Part shown: positions 43,952 through 56,468 of the stretch, in pieces
Position numbering within the stretch: the first letter of the stretch is position 1
Layout: each line of letters opens with the position of its first letter
Assembly: GCA_051047955.1 (NCBI GenBank)
Contig: JBPGPT010000015.1
Coordinates: 62,001-126,000 of the forward strand
Direction: 5' to 3'
Length of the DNA stretch: 64,000 bases
Origin: Cystobasidiomycetes sp. EMM_F5
Taxonomy: Eukaryota
Program-made: the position numbers and the translations under genes
Notes under the pieces: model-generated
Databases searched by the model: none
The model's input: only the letters and a program-made list of their open reading frames with translations
Told to the model about the DNA's origin: nothing

Positions 43952-46017
43952 ATGCTCGAAACCCACCATGACGCGGACAGTGACGCGACTGTCGCAGAGT
44001 CTGCTCCTGCTGGGCACAAGGAAAGTCGGCCTCATGTTTCCCGAAAGAGAACGGATATCTCGCTCGAGGATCAAGCAGTCCGGTTGAGCAACGCAAAGCT
44101 ACTACTGGTCTTTGCGGGCCTGAGCTCGTGTATCATGTTTGCTTTCGCGGATCAAGTCATGGTCGCAACGGCAGAACCCGTCATCGGCAAAGATCTGAAC
44201 GCCGGTGCGTCAATCAGTTGGGTCGGAACAAGTTATTTGTGAGTCGTTGAAAAGCTATGCTTCCAATGAGGTTTGCGGACTGAGATCCACTTTACAGAAT
44301 AGCAAACACGTCTTGCCAGCTTTTATATGGACGGCTGAGCGATATTTGTGAGTCTAGCCTACCACGCCCTGCGATACTTCACTGACTCCTTCAACACGCC
44401 TTCGTTGTGAATTAGTCGGTCGCAAGAACCTTCTCTACATTGCTCTCTTCCTCTTCGGTTGTGGCGATCTCGTGTCTGGCTTTGCTACGTCGCCAGCGAT
44501 GCTTTACATCTTCCGGAGTATCGCCGGGATAGGCGGAGGAGGAATGCTGAATCTATCCATGGTGATTGTTTCGGATGTAGTGTCACTACGAGAACGAGGA
44601 AAATGGCAAGGCATACTCAGTGCCGGCGCAGCCACGGGCTCTGCAGCTGGACCCTTCATCGGTGCTCTTCTAGCAGAGAATGTAGGATGGAAGTGGGTGT
44701 TCTGGATTATGGCACCCTGTGCAGTCGCATGTGCCATATTGGTTGCGTTCATACCGCTCAAACCGGTACATGGTTCCGCCAAGGATAAGCTCAAGAAGAT
44801 TGATTATTACGGCGCCTTTCTCAGTCTCGCTGCAACGATCTTTGTCCTCATCCCTATCAGTGCGGGAGGGACGACCTATGCCTGGAACTCGCCGACGGTC
44901 GTCGCTATGCTAGTCGTCGGTGGCGTGCTCTGGGTTTCTTTTATCCTAGTTGAATGGAAAGTTGCAAGACTGCCGGTGTTTCCTCGTTCGTCACTCTGTG
45001 ACCAGACGCATATCTTGATCAAGCTGAGAGCGATTCAATTCCAGTCCGCCTCTGGACATATCGTACACCAGCACTCGTCCTGGCTAGTACTTTTCTCGTT
45101 GGCATTACGTGTAAGCAAGTGGACTGCGCATAGTCTGTAGCCTTCTGACGAAACTTTTGCAGACTATGGCAACCTCTTTTTCCTGCCCATCTACTTCCAA
45201 GTCGTGCGAGGCTGGACTCCAATAGAGTCCGCGACACTGCTATTATCGCTCTTGATTATTCAAATAGCAAGTTCGCTCCTGGCTGGCGTCTACTCCGCAA
45301 GAAGTGGTGGTCTCATGCCTCAGATTCGTCTAGGATACGCTATTTGGCTTCTTGGATCAGGACTGCAGCTACTGTTTGATCGCACGACTTCCAAGGGCAA
45401 AATTGCGGGCTTGCTTTTACTGCAAGGGACAGGTGTCGGCATGACGTTGCAGACTAGTAAGCTCGACCCTCGTACCAGTGCCCGCACCCGAGTCTATTAC
45501 TCATTGCTCCTGATGCAGCACTGGTAGCGGCACAAGCTGGATCTCCGAATGCCGACAGAGCAGTCGTGACGGGTGCAAGGAATTGTCTACGAAGTATGGG
45601 CGGCGCATTTGGTCTGGCAATGTGCAATGCTATCCTCAACAATGTTCTGCAAGCACGTCTGCCCACATCTCTGTCGCAAGATGTGCGGGACCAGATTGTG
45701 CATGGCTTATCGGCCAATCTGCCCGGTACCATCGATGCAGCGACTCAAAATGCGGTGTTCGAAGCATATTACCAGGCTATCCACTTCATTTTCCTCTCCT
45801 TTGTGCCGATCGTTGGGTTATGTCTCGTAAGACGGCAACGTGTGGAACATGTATGTATGCGCTGACAGCGATGACCCCCTAGATAATGGCAATATGCATG
45901 AAAGAGACTCCGCTCGTCAAGGAGAAGGCAGAAGAACACACGGCACTCGAGGTAAAGGACGAGGAAAAGCGGCCCATCGAGACCGCCGGACTGTCAGCAA
46001 GTCAAGCGACCACGTAA
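43952..46017 (+). CDS. MFS drug:H+ antiporter (DHA2, 14-TMS type)
   Basis: DQVMVATA, WVGTSYL, LYGRLSDI.GRK, RSIAGIGGGG, SDVVSLRERGKWQG. Confidence 0.9.
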
Positions 46018-46740
46018 CAGGATCAGCGATGCGAATTTTCAGCTCCCTGTCTGTACTCGACACATTGGTGACGCAAATTACGATTGTTGAGATGCAGGGA
46101 TCCACAATGCGTGCAATGGCTGCTCCAGTTGTCGTAGCGCTACATTACGCATCTGTCACTGACAGTGGCAGCTTGTCCTCGCTGCGCAATTTGCCGGATC
46201 AAAGCATCATGCACAGGCAGACAGATCTGGGACCGCCCATCTATACCATTAATCTGTCGACAGCAGCCAGAGCACGTCCAGCACACATTCTGAGACAGTC
46301 AGCACGCAAGCTGTCATGGACGGCAAAGCACCAGTTGTGCAGGTATGGAGATTTTGAATTGGTGCTAGGGCACTACGCGTACAACGAGCACATAGGTGCA
46401 TGACAGTAGTATACATCATACAATAGACAGAATCATAGGATCTCGGCTGTTTCAGGAAGCCCAGCCCTCGTAGGTTTATATGCGAGAGTGAGCGCAGATG
46501 CGGCCTGTTTGGAGTGTACCACATGCACGAGTCGGAAAATTTGGTCAACCTACAAATGTGTAGAAATACGTGAGAGGAACAGGGTAACCTTGTAGCAGTA
46601 GGTGTCAGCATCTTTGGACTCTCCAAACCCTCGAAACAAAGTCGTTTCATGGCTACAGGATTTGCAAAATGTTTGGTCTGAAGACAACCTGCACGAACTT
46701 TTCCTTGAATGCTTTGCTCTAGACAAACCTATGATCTGCA

Positions 46741-48959
46741 ATGTCGCTTGTGGACACAGCGTCTGCTGGGTCATGGGACAGCCTGAAGCTGTCGCCTTTC
46801 ATGTATGTGTCCTTCTGGAACGCTGTTGCTCTGCACGCTGATGCTTTGTCGCCACTATTGATGCAGTAATGAGACGCTCCAGCTGATGGGTTTCCAGTCA
46901 ATGACACCCGTGCAGGCCTCTGTCATCCCACTCGTCCTGAGCCGTCACAAAGACGTCGTAGTACAGGCAGTCACCGGATCTGGCAAAACACTGGCTTTTG
47001 TGATACCGCTGTTAGAGAAACTCGCTAGAAGGGAGACGGCCTTGAAGAATGAAGAGATAGGAGGAGTCATCATCTGCCCTACGAGGTATATGAGCGGGCC
47101 TGCCATGTTCGTAGCAAGACTAGCAAGACTGACTATATTCTAGGGAATTGGCAATACAGACCCATAAGATTGTGGAGACGTTTATCGTCGCTCAGAACGC
47201 TGCATCATCAGCGCAAAGCAGCACGAGTGCTCAGACCCTACAAGTTGTCCATCCGCCGCTGCTGTTGGTTGGCGGAAATGCGACTTTGAAGGAAGACGTG
47301 CAGAAGTTCCGCTCATTGCACTCGGATATCCTGATTGGAACGCCGGGACGGCTCGAGGAGTTTCTTCTGGGATCCTCCTCGCTTGGGTCTGGATCAAAAG
47401 CAGGCAAAGGCAAGTCTGCCGCCATGCCATTTCGACAGCTTCGCTCTGCATGCTCGCTGAAGCAATTGGAAATGCTGGTGCTCGACGAAGCCGACAGACT
47501 TTTAGAGCTTGGCTATACACAATGCTTGAATCGTATCCTCAGCATTATGCCAAAACAGCGGAGAACCGGGTGCTTCAGCGCAACAATGTCTGAAGGCATT
47601 GGGGAACTCTGTCGTGTCGGCTTGAGGAATCCTGTCCGCGTAGTCGTCAAGGTGGAGCGGAAGGGTGCAAATACTTCTACACAAGCTGGCGACAATGCTG
47701 CGCCTGTCGAAGCGGAGCGAAATACGCCAACCTCTCTGCAGAACACATACGTAGTGTGCCGGACTATAGACAAGCTCGCAAAGCTGTTACAACTGCTGAC
47801 GGCTGAGATAGCTACCGCCAGCGATTCGAGGAAAGTCATCGTCTACTTTGCGACCTGCGCTTGCGTAGACTATCTATACAAGCTGCTAGCCGGTTTAGGT
47901 CAGCTGTCAAACATTTCTATGTACGGCCTCCATGGCCAACAACCACCAGCAAAGCGAACATCGACATATGAAGCCTTTGTCGGAACGCCAACATTAATCA
48001 GCCGCCCGCATCAGGTTTTGCTGTGTACAGACGTAGCAGCGAGAGGTCTGGATCTGCCAGATGTGGATCTGGTCGTGCAATTCGACCCCCCTCAAGATCC
48101 GAAACAATTCAACCATCGCGCTGGCCGGACAGCTCGAGCCGGCAGATCAGGAAAAGCGACAGTGATCCTGTGCCAGGAAGGACACGAAAGCGAGTACCCT
48201 GAATTCATGAAACGGAGAGGAGTTCCGTTACGAGAGGAGATCTTACCAGAACTGCCAGCCAACGCCGGTGCGACGCTTGAACAGCAATGTAGGAAGCTGG
48301 TTTTGAAAGACCGCGATCTTCACGAGAAGGGTGTCAAGGCCTTTGTTGCGTTTGCCAAGTCGTACAGCAAGCACGAAGCGAAATATATTTTCGACCCGAA
48401 GGAATACGACTTTCTCGGTTTAGCGAAGGCATTCGCTTTGCTGCGCCTGCCAAAGATGCCTGAACTCAAGGCAGCTGACAGATCAACGTGGCTGGACGCC
48501 TCAGTGGACGTGAGTGCAGACGATCAGTCTGTCATAAGCTGAAATTGACGAGTGTTTTTCTGGAAGTGGGATACCTACGCTTTTGCTGACAAGGGACGTG
48601 AGAAGCAGAGACAAGCGGAGATGGCTAAAAAGTCTGCTGAGGCGGCAGCCATGACGTCGAGCGCCGTGCACAAGCGAAAAAGGGGTCCGCCGCCAACTAG
48701 TCAAGCATGGTCCCTCAAGGTCGAGGCGAAAGAGAAGCGGGAAGTCCGTCGGGAGAAGCGAGCCGCAAAGGGCGCATACCTCAAGTCTCAGAGAGCCCTA
48801 CAAGCAGATGTTGTGGAAAGCTCTGGCAACGTGGATAACAAGAATGACACGGATGATGCCGACCATTTGGCAGAGGAGGAGCGGGCCGCGAAGAAGGTCA
48901 GGCGGGGCAAGCTGGCCCAAGAGGATTTTGACAATGCTTTTGGTGGAGATGAGGGGTGA
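46741..48959 (+). CDS. SPB4: DEAD-box RNA helicase Spb4/DDX55
   Basis: [38 protein letters not shown]; Spb4 C-terminal [19 protein letters not shown]. Confidence 0.93.
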
Positions 48960-49102
48960 CTCGGCGGTCGGTGTAGTCCATAGTCCTGAGATATTTCGAC
49001 ACAGCAGGTTGGAGTTGCAGAGTGGCGAATGATCAAAGCTTTACCATTTCTGTCATTACTTTGTCTTTCATTGCGTCCCCACCTCAAGCATATGCAGCTG
49101 AC

Positions 49103-51770
49103 ATGGGCGCAGCACTTTCGCGAGGTGCACCTCCGCCAGGCAATCAGCATATCCCTGAGAATGTTGCCTACGTCTCCGAAGAGGTCGAAGTAATCGGACC
49201 GGCAGCTCAAGCGTCAGAGCAGGATTCGCAGAATGGACAGGATGCGGAAACGCCGACGCTGGCTACTCATCATCAAGTTGACTCGACAACTAACACGCAA
49301 GTCCCTCTGGAGCAAACGGCCATAATGCCTTCGGTCGCACATAATCTGCCTTATGACATCGAATTGATTGTGCAAGCAGGGCTGCACAAGGACGGTACCG
49401 AAAAAGCTACAAGCAACGCATCTGCGGTCGGCGTCGAGAAGTATTTGCGGCAAGATGTCCAAAATGCCGTAGGCCAACTTCGGGAAAAGTTTGGCATCAA
49501 CAAGCCAATGACGCCGGCAGACCAGGAGCAGATATCGGTCCGCAAGGAGCTCAATGCGTACGAAGGATCTCTCAGAGAACGTCTCATGAAGCGCCGGCAA
49601 GCTCAACCGAGTTCAATAACGCAATCAGCGATTGCAAGGGCAGATGCTGCCGAGCAAACGCCGGCGAATCAGAAAGGCAAAGAGAGAAGCGCTTCAATGT
49701 AAGTACGAGACCATTCAATACCGCATGACTCAGTCCGCTGATATGTAAATCTACAGATCATCTGGGTCCTCGGATGACGACGAGGAAGCGGACAATTCGT
49801 CCTCTGAAGGGTCTGCCTCATCCTCGTCCTCCTCGGGATCGTCGCTCAACCTACGACCAAGCAGGAAGCGAAAGATTGAACAGGTCAATGGCAGTAAGGA
49901 AGACGAGAGCGATCAGGGTGATGATGAAGACGACGATGATGACGAAGAGGAACCAAGCAGTAATCGCGCGCTCAAGAGAGCAATCGGCAGCGGGGCTAGC
50001 GTCTTGGTCAATCCGCTTTTCGCGAGCAAAAATGAAATACTGGACCTATCCGCACCCGTCTCTGCCATCGATAAATTACCCCCAGACAGCCTGCTTTACC
50101 CATTTGGTACGATATCAACTGTAATCGACTCCGTCATCGTGATTCGTGCAGGATCAACTGGCGAAGTAGCGCAGATACTAGACGAAGGCAGCCTGGCGTG
50201 TCTAGAAGACGGAACAGTCGTTGGCCCTATATTCGAAACATTTGGGGCCGTGACTGCTCCTATGTATTCTGTCCGCATGCCCTCTTCAACACACCCACTC
50301 ATACATACCAACGTCGAGTCGCAGATCGACAAAACTAAACTTCTAAAGGATGGCTCGCCGAATCAAGAGATGAATAGCGTCTCAGCAGATTCTTCGGAGC
50401 CTAATCAGGGCAAAGTCGCTGCGACAGTCGCGCCACCTCCTGTACGTCCGGGCGTCCAGGTATTCTATTGTCCCAGTGCTGCCTACAGCAAAGTCGTGTA
50501 TACTCGTGATGTACGACTTGCGAGCACAAAAGGTAGCGATGCCTCAAATTTGTACGATGAAGAACCCGCTGCTGCCGAAGTGGAATTCAGCGACGATGAG
50601 CAAGAGCACGAGCAGAAGCAAGCTGCCAAACAACAGCGGCGGCAACGAGCAGTGGAGCGTCGAGAGGCTTTTGAGCACGAATACGGCTCCCACAATCCGG
50701 ACGAAATGACGGCTGAATTTGAGTTCGATGACGATGACGATACCTTTATGGATGACGCAAGACCGCTGGAAGCGGGATTAGAGGAAGACGGAGAAGCTGT
50801 TACAGGCCCTGTCGGCGCAGATCTCAAACGCGACCCGAGCGACACATTCACGCGGCATGCAGCAGACTTGTCAACACCAGTACCACAATTGTTGAATGGG
50901 AATCCCTTGCGAAGCGAGGGTCATTTAGGTAGACAGCATGACAATGCTCAAAGCCACACCCAACGTAGCCGAGGGCGCGGGGACGGGCGCTCACGGGGTC
51001 GAGGTACTTCCGCAGGCAGAAATAATGACGGTCCAGGACGTCCCTCGCGTGGCTTTCCACGCGATGCAAGCTCGAGAGGGCGCAGTGGACAAGCTCGCGG
51101 CTCCCGAGGCCGCGGCAATGACCGACGCCGTGATACTAGCCCGTCTCGAATGCATCAGCGGACGACGAGCTTCCCACTTCCCATGAAGCCCGTGTTTCAA
51201 CACCCCGACGCTCTGCCGTACGACAATGTCTTACCCTACGGTGGGCCTGTTAGTCCACCCGCACAGTTCCGAGTGCCGGTCTCACATACAGCCCCGGTTC
51301 CGCTTGGGCGACCGATACATTCGCTCCCTCCTCGACCTGTCCCGATCGACGAAGCATACAACCCCACCCAGCCATCCTCATCTTTTGATAGACAGGCTTC
51401 TCCGTTCGCTCCACGTATGACAATGCCTCCGACGATGCCGCCGCAGGGATTCACGCCATTCGGTCCGGCTCAAACTGTGAACCCTCTGCTGGGTTACAAT
51501 CCTAGCTACCAATCTAGTTGGAACCAGCCCGGGTATACGCCATTGCATGCGAAGAACCAAAGCCTCCCGTCAACAGCTCGTGCGAGTCCAACACAGTCAA
51601 GTCCTTTCGGAGGAGCTGCGAGCCAATTTGACAATACAGGAATGTCTAATCCCCCATTACCCTCCGTCAAAGGACAGTCGCAGCTGGAGGAGCCTTACTC
51701 CCCAATCCAACCTCACCAAGCACGCTCAGCTCCGTTTCAGAACCAGCACTGGTATCCTGGGCAGAGCTGA
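49103..51770 (+). CDS. NAF1: H/ACA RNP assembly factor Naf1
   Basis: Gar1/Naf1 domain LDEGS...GPIFETFGAVTAPMYSVR; GSDASNLYDEE...VEFSDDE; RG-rich and Pro-rich tail. Confidence 0.88.
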
Positions 51771-52000
51771 AGGTGCTGATCATTTATCATGTCCTTGTTC
51801 CTTCAGTTATGTTGTTGTTTACAATCGGTATGTCCTCATTCTGTATTGGCGTCCAGGGAAGATTGCATTACGCGCTAAGTATAGCTTCTCCGAATTAGGC
51901 GGGTCACTACATCATTGCTATACATGCTCGTGAATAACAGTCGTGTCGTAAATGTCCATCCCAAATCTACGCTCACACAATAGAAATGCTTCCGCTATCG

Positions 52001-54701
52001 TTATGATGCAACATCGGGCAGTTCTCGTAACAGAAGTCTGTGAAATGTGGCCTCCTTCCATTCTGTCTTCTGCATAACTGCAAATATATCATCTTCGTGT
52101 GCGCCCATCAACTCATACACCTCCCATGGCTGGACGTCAACATCCGCCTTGCTGGTATCGCGCGCAACGATGGCCTTTGCTCCACGATCTTCTCCGCGAA
52201 ACAGATCCGCCAGTTCCGTATGATCGGGGTTGAAGAGCCGGGCCTCGAAGATTTGAAGGATAGCCAATGCCAAACGGAACAAGAATTGATCACCTTCCAA
52301 GACGAAAATATCCCAAAGACGGGTTGTAGTCTCGAAGCCAAGAAATGCAGCATAGACAGTGTCAAGCCATGGGCGGAGATACAAGGCGGGGCGGATATCG
52401 TGGGCAACGAAATTTTTATAAACCTGACCAGGCGCACGATTAGCCTTGAATACTTTGATGAACATCATGCCACCAGCTAACCTTTGGCATCTTGTCTGCT
52501 AGCAAGGTACTGAAGACGCGGTAGTACGCTTCAACCTTGAGTGCGAAGTTTGTCAGAACCATCGCTTACCGTATGCGAAAACCATGGTACCTACATCTTC
52601 CTTTGCGCCGAGATAGAAGACCTTCAGCAGGCTTTTATTGATCAAATTGACCAACGAAAAGAAGGCTTCGTTTGCTGGCATGGATATCAGAAGCATGGCA
52701 GCTGGATGACTGGTACCCGTCGTATATGTTGGTGTATTGCCTTTCCAGAAGACTGATTGGGCCAGAAGAACACCCTTCAAATCCGAGTACAGTGGACACC
52801 CTTCTTGGAAAAGCTTGGTCTGGGGTAGGGTTTTGCTGCAAGGTGCAACGTCTTTTGTTCAGCATGTACCGAAATCAGGAGACATCTACCCTACGCGATG
52901 TCAGCTTCAATAGCGTCCAACACTGAAGCGGGTAGTCTCTTGCTCTGCTGAAGTCTCTGCACCAGCGTTGTTGCGCGAGCGTACGAACCTGTCGCGCGCT
53001 GATCAGTACGAACTACCCGTAGCCGAGAGCAATCGTCACCTTTGCCAATCGCCAACCCGTTTCCTATGCAGCCCTGCCACAATTTCGCACGATGCATAGG
53101 CGGCATAGTTCCACTCCACCAGGTTTTTCGCAGCTTGTCGTCCCTCAACACTGCCTTCCAATTGGGCAAGATATCCTTCTGCCAGCTTGACAAGGCATTG
53201 TTTGCCTCCTTTTCTTTCTGCAGCCTCCGCTGATTCGCTGCAGCCCGACGAGCCTTGTCTGCTTCCCTTGCGGCGAGCATCATCTCTTGAAACTGCTTCA
53301 GGTGGTCTCTCTGCAATTTGTGTGAGTCAGCCCATAACCGGCATATACCTGGCAATCCTGGCGGCTTACATCTTCGGCAGGGGGCTTGGGCGGCAAGTCG
53401 TGCTGACGGGTTCTTGACATGACCTTCTCCAAAACGGACGACTTGGGTTTTCTGCTCTTTCTGGGCGATAGTGCTTCTCGTCTGTTCTTTTCGAATATGG
53501 CTGAAGACGGCACGCTGGAAGCACTGACGCTTACTGACAGACGGGGCGATGATGGACGCGAAGTCTGACTCTGGCTAGAAACCGCAGACGCTTCTGTTCC
53601 TGTACTGGCATTGCTCTGCGACGATGACGTGGTTTGCATGTCTGGCGCTGTCGGTGGGGGCGTTGACGCGGTCGGATCAGACGATGTGATGTGAGAGGGA
53701 GCCGAGGAATGCACGGCATCCGAAGGAGCTATACTATTCGTATGACTCGAAGCTGACTGAAGGTTTAAGGCAGGCAAAGGAGCGAAGCTGCTTAATCGCT
53801 TCATGGAGGGAACGACGTCTCCTTGCACCGAAGGCCGTCGAGACGATGTTTTGCTGATAGACTCCGATCTTTGCTCCTCGTAATCAGAATCTGCGGCATC
53901 AGCTGCCGTTCCGGCACTCTCGGCAACAGAGGAAGAGGATGACGAGGTAGACAACCGGGGTTCGCTGTATTTTTTTGCAAATTGAGCTGCATCCTCGGGA
54001 CTCATCTCGCTTCCTCGTCTCCCGTTAGTAGCATTGACTGGTGTCGAGTTAGTCACTTCAAACGAGGAGTGCCTCGTATAATTCCGTCCATCTTGTTCCG
54101 GTGGAGCTGTACTTCTACTGCGCCGCAAGGAACTACTGTTTGCGACGTGCATTGGGTTCATTGCCGATATTTGACCGTTGCGCCCCTGAAGATGACTAAA
54201 GTCTATACTCCGACCTTTGTTCCTGCGACTTGCTCGGTGCTGTGCGGCGCTCCAGTCGAAATGGGACCCCTCTGCGCGGTGTTCGAAGCCATTGAACGCG
54301 CTGGAGAAAGATTCTACTGTAGGCGTAAAAAGACTGACGTTGTGAAACGCCCCGGTTCCGTCGTCCACAGTGACTTGGGTTGGTTCGTCTGGCTGGTACA
54401 TTGACGCCAACTCGTGCAAGCTCGGCGAACGAGAACTAGTCGACAAAACAAAGGATGACCGGCTGCTCGTACTCCCCGTCGTGCGCCTGACGGGTGGCCG
54501 TTCATGCCTTGCAGACGTCCCGAAGCTATTGTCGTCTACGTGCTGCGCGTATCTGGGAAAAGGGAGATTGCCAGTGACGGATGCGGCCGTCGGCGTTGCC
54601 ATGTTGTCTTCGTCGAATCCATCTTGGGGGAGCGTGGGTGTAAGCACCACTGTCGGTAAGGAGTCATTGGCAGGCTCAGCATGAGCATTTTCAGTTGCCA
54701 T
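52001..54701 (-). CDS. TBC-domain Rab GTPase-activating protein (TBC1D12/14-like)
   Basis: LPPKPPAED, HRAKLWQGCIGNGL, IEADI, TTRLWDIFVLEGDQFLFRLALAIL. Confidence 0.88.
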
Positions 54702-54980
54702 CGACACTGCGCATGCTCGGTCGTCAGACTGACTACCAAATTCGCCTGCGCCGTAGTCGCGAATCCGATCGTCCTCGCTTTTTGTGCACGTGAGAAGCAC
54801 GACAAGACACTCCGTTGAGCCATAATCAGGCGAGGAGAGAGCTTTCAGGACTGGAAGAGAGAGATTCTATAGTGCCAAAGATGTCTGCTTGGTTGACGTT
54901 GTTTGTTATCACTTCCATGAGAATGCGGACATTTGCATGGCTTTCGGAGCGGACGATGTTGAACATATAAAATCAGGCTT

Positions 54981-55397
54981 TTGAGGGAAGACTACCCGCT
55001 ATGCTACGATGTCCGTGTCCTGAAGGTATATATGCATCGGTATAGGCAGCACTTGGCCATCTCAATTTGCACTTGCCCGTCGAACCAAATTTCCCCGCTT
55101 TTTTGGGCTGCATCCGACTATTTTTTCTACAACGATATAAGTTGCTAGAATCGATGCGATTTCGTACGGGCAACACCTGCTGTGCGGATCTGTAGCTCTC
55201 GTTTACCGCAATAACGCGGATGATCGTATGGCTTTCAGAGTAAACGATATTTGGTAAACGAATTCCGGTCTTGAAGGCAAGACCGCCCGCTACGATACCA
55301 CTTACGTGTTCTGCAGGTATATACGCATCGGTATAGGCAGCTTGGGCTATCTCACCATACATTTGCCCGTCGAACCAGATTTCCCGCTTTTTTGGGC
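54981..55397 (+). repeat. Two diverged direct copies of a roughly 127-bp unit (54981-55108, 55271-55397)
   Basis: Both copies share GGTATATAYGCATCGGTATAGGCAGC and TTGCCCGTCGAACCARATTTCCC(C)GCTTTTTTGGGC. Confidence 0.85.
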
Positions 55398-55513
55398 CAC
55401 TTTTGGGAATTCGCAAACATAGAATATGGATTGCAAATGTCAATGGGATGACATTGAATCCTCCCATTCCTCATTCGTCTAACGGTTAGGATACGGGTTA
55501 GTCTAAAATGCTA
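55167..55513 (+). repeat. Roughly 347-bp inverted repeat, left copy (upstream flank plus 5' part of tRNA-Glu)
   Basis: Near-identical reverse complement at 59397-59743. Confidence 0.93.
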
Positions 55514-55598
55514 TCCGGAATTACGAGCATTGTCTAACGTTGGCATCACCAACAGCTCTCTCACAGCCGGGGCCAGGGTTCGACTCCCTGATGGGGAA
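55468..55598 (+). tRNA. tRNA-Glu(CTC) interrupted by a 59-nt GT-AG intron (55497-55555) in the anticodon stem
   Basis: Spliced 72-mer: acceptor TCCTCAT/ATGGGGA+A, D arm GTCT-AACGGTTA-GGAT, anticodon arm CGGCT-CT CTC AC-AGCCG, T arm CAGGG-TTCGACT-CCCTG. Confidence 0.92.
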
Positions 55599-55599
55599 A

Positions 55600-55604
55600 T
55601 TTTT
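55600..55604 (+). terminator. Pol III terminator T5 of tRNA-Glu
   Basis: TTTTT starting 2 nt after the discriminator base. Confidence 0.75.
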
Positions 55605-56468
55605 GATGGTCACGACCTCACAGCATTGAGAGGCCTCACAGCCCTTTCAGTGCGACAAGCCTTCCTGAGTTAATTCCTTAAACGCTACGGCGGCTGATCT
55701 CGACAGGCTTTTCGCGACGTTTTCTTTTGTAGAACATGCTTGTATCGTCTTAGCACTGTAGCATAGACCGTCTTCATGGAAATGGCCTTTCTTTGCCCTT
55801 TTGCGCGGTTACATACATGCAAATTGTGGTCCCCGTCTCAGGCTATTCGCGGGATTTCATGGCAAGCCTGGCTTTCGGTAGGGCCGGGGTTTTCCCGATG
55901 TACGATTACAAATTGATCAGATAAAACCTTCGCGGTGCATTGTTTTCTGAATCTTGTCGCGGTACATGCCAGGGTCTTGCTTGCATCTCATTGAAGGCGT
56001 ACCAAAGTAGCGCATCATGCAGTATACAATAGTGACTTTCGTAGCAGGCTTCCAGGATGCCTGGAAGGCTCAGGATTTGTCTTGCTCACCGACAGCATTC
56101 ACGCCACCATATTGCGGGTCGTACATCTGCCCTTCCCTGATTTGCCTTCAAGACAGATGAGGTTAAAAGATAGTCTCTTTCTTATCGCTCGTAAACCAAT
56201 TCATGTAGAAAAGATGCATCCTTAAGCTTTTTCCATTCTGACAAGCATTGTAAACGGGACTTAATTCAGATTAAAATCGCTATCACTGGAGAGGCCAGCT
56301 TTCTATCGACGATTAGTTGATATCCATGAATCAAATGTACAATACTGCTTGATGCAATACAGTCACTATAGCTTGCGATTTATCGCAACAGAAAGTCCTC
56401 CCAAATTGTGTCACGTTTTCAAATTCTGTGGTCACACTTTGCGTTACTGCCAGCACTCATGTCCAACA

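Noticed and set aside
54973..55467. 164-aa ORF, and its twin at 59443-59889, beginning MGGFNVIP
   Set aside because: They arise from the inverted and direct DNA repeats and diverge right after the repeat boundary; no protein family signal
55497..55555. Reading the tRNA insert as a canonical SEN-type intron
   Set aside because: It is not at position 37/38 and I saw no bulge-helix-bulge; the GT-AG boundaries restore the stem exactly
55605..56350. Possible snRNA or other ncRNA downstream of the tRNA
   Set aside because: No U1, U2, U5, U6 or 5S signature recognised by eye; needs an Infernal search
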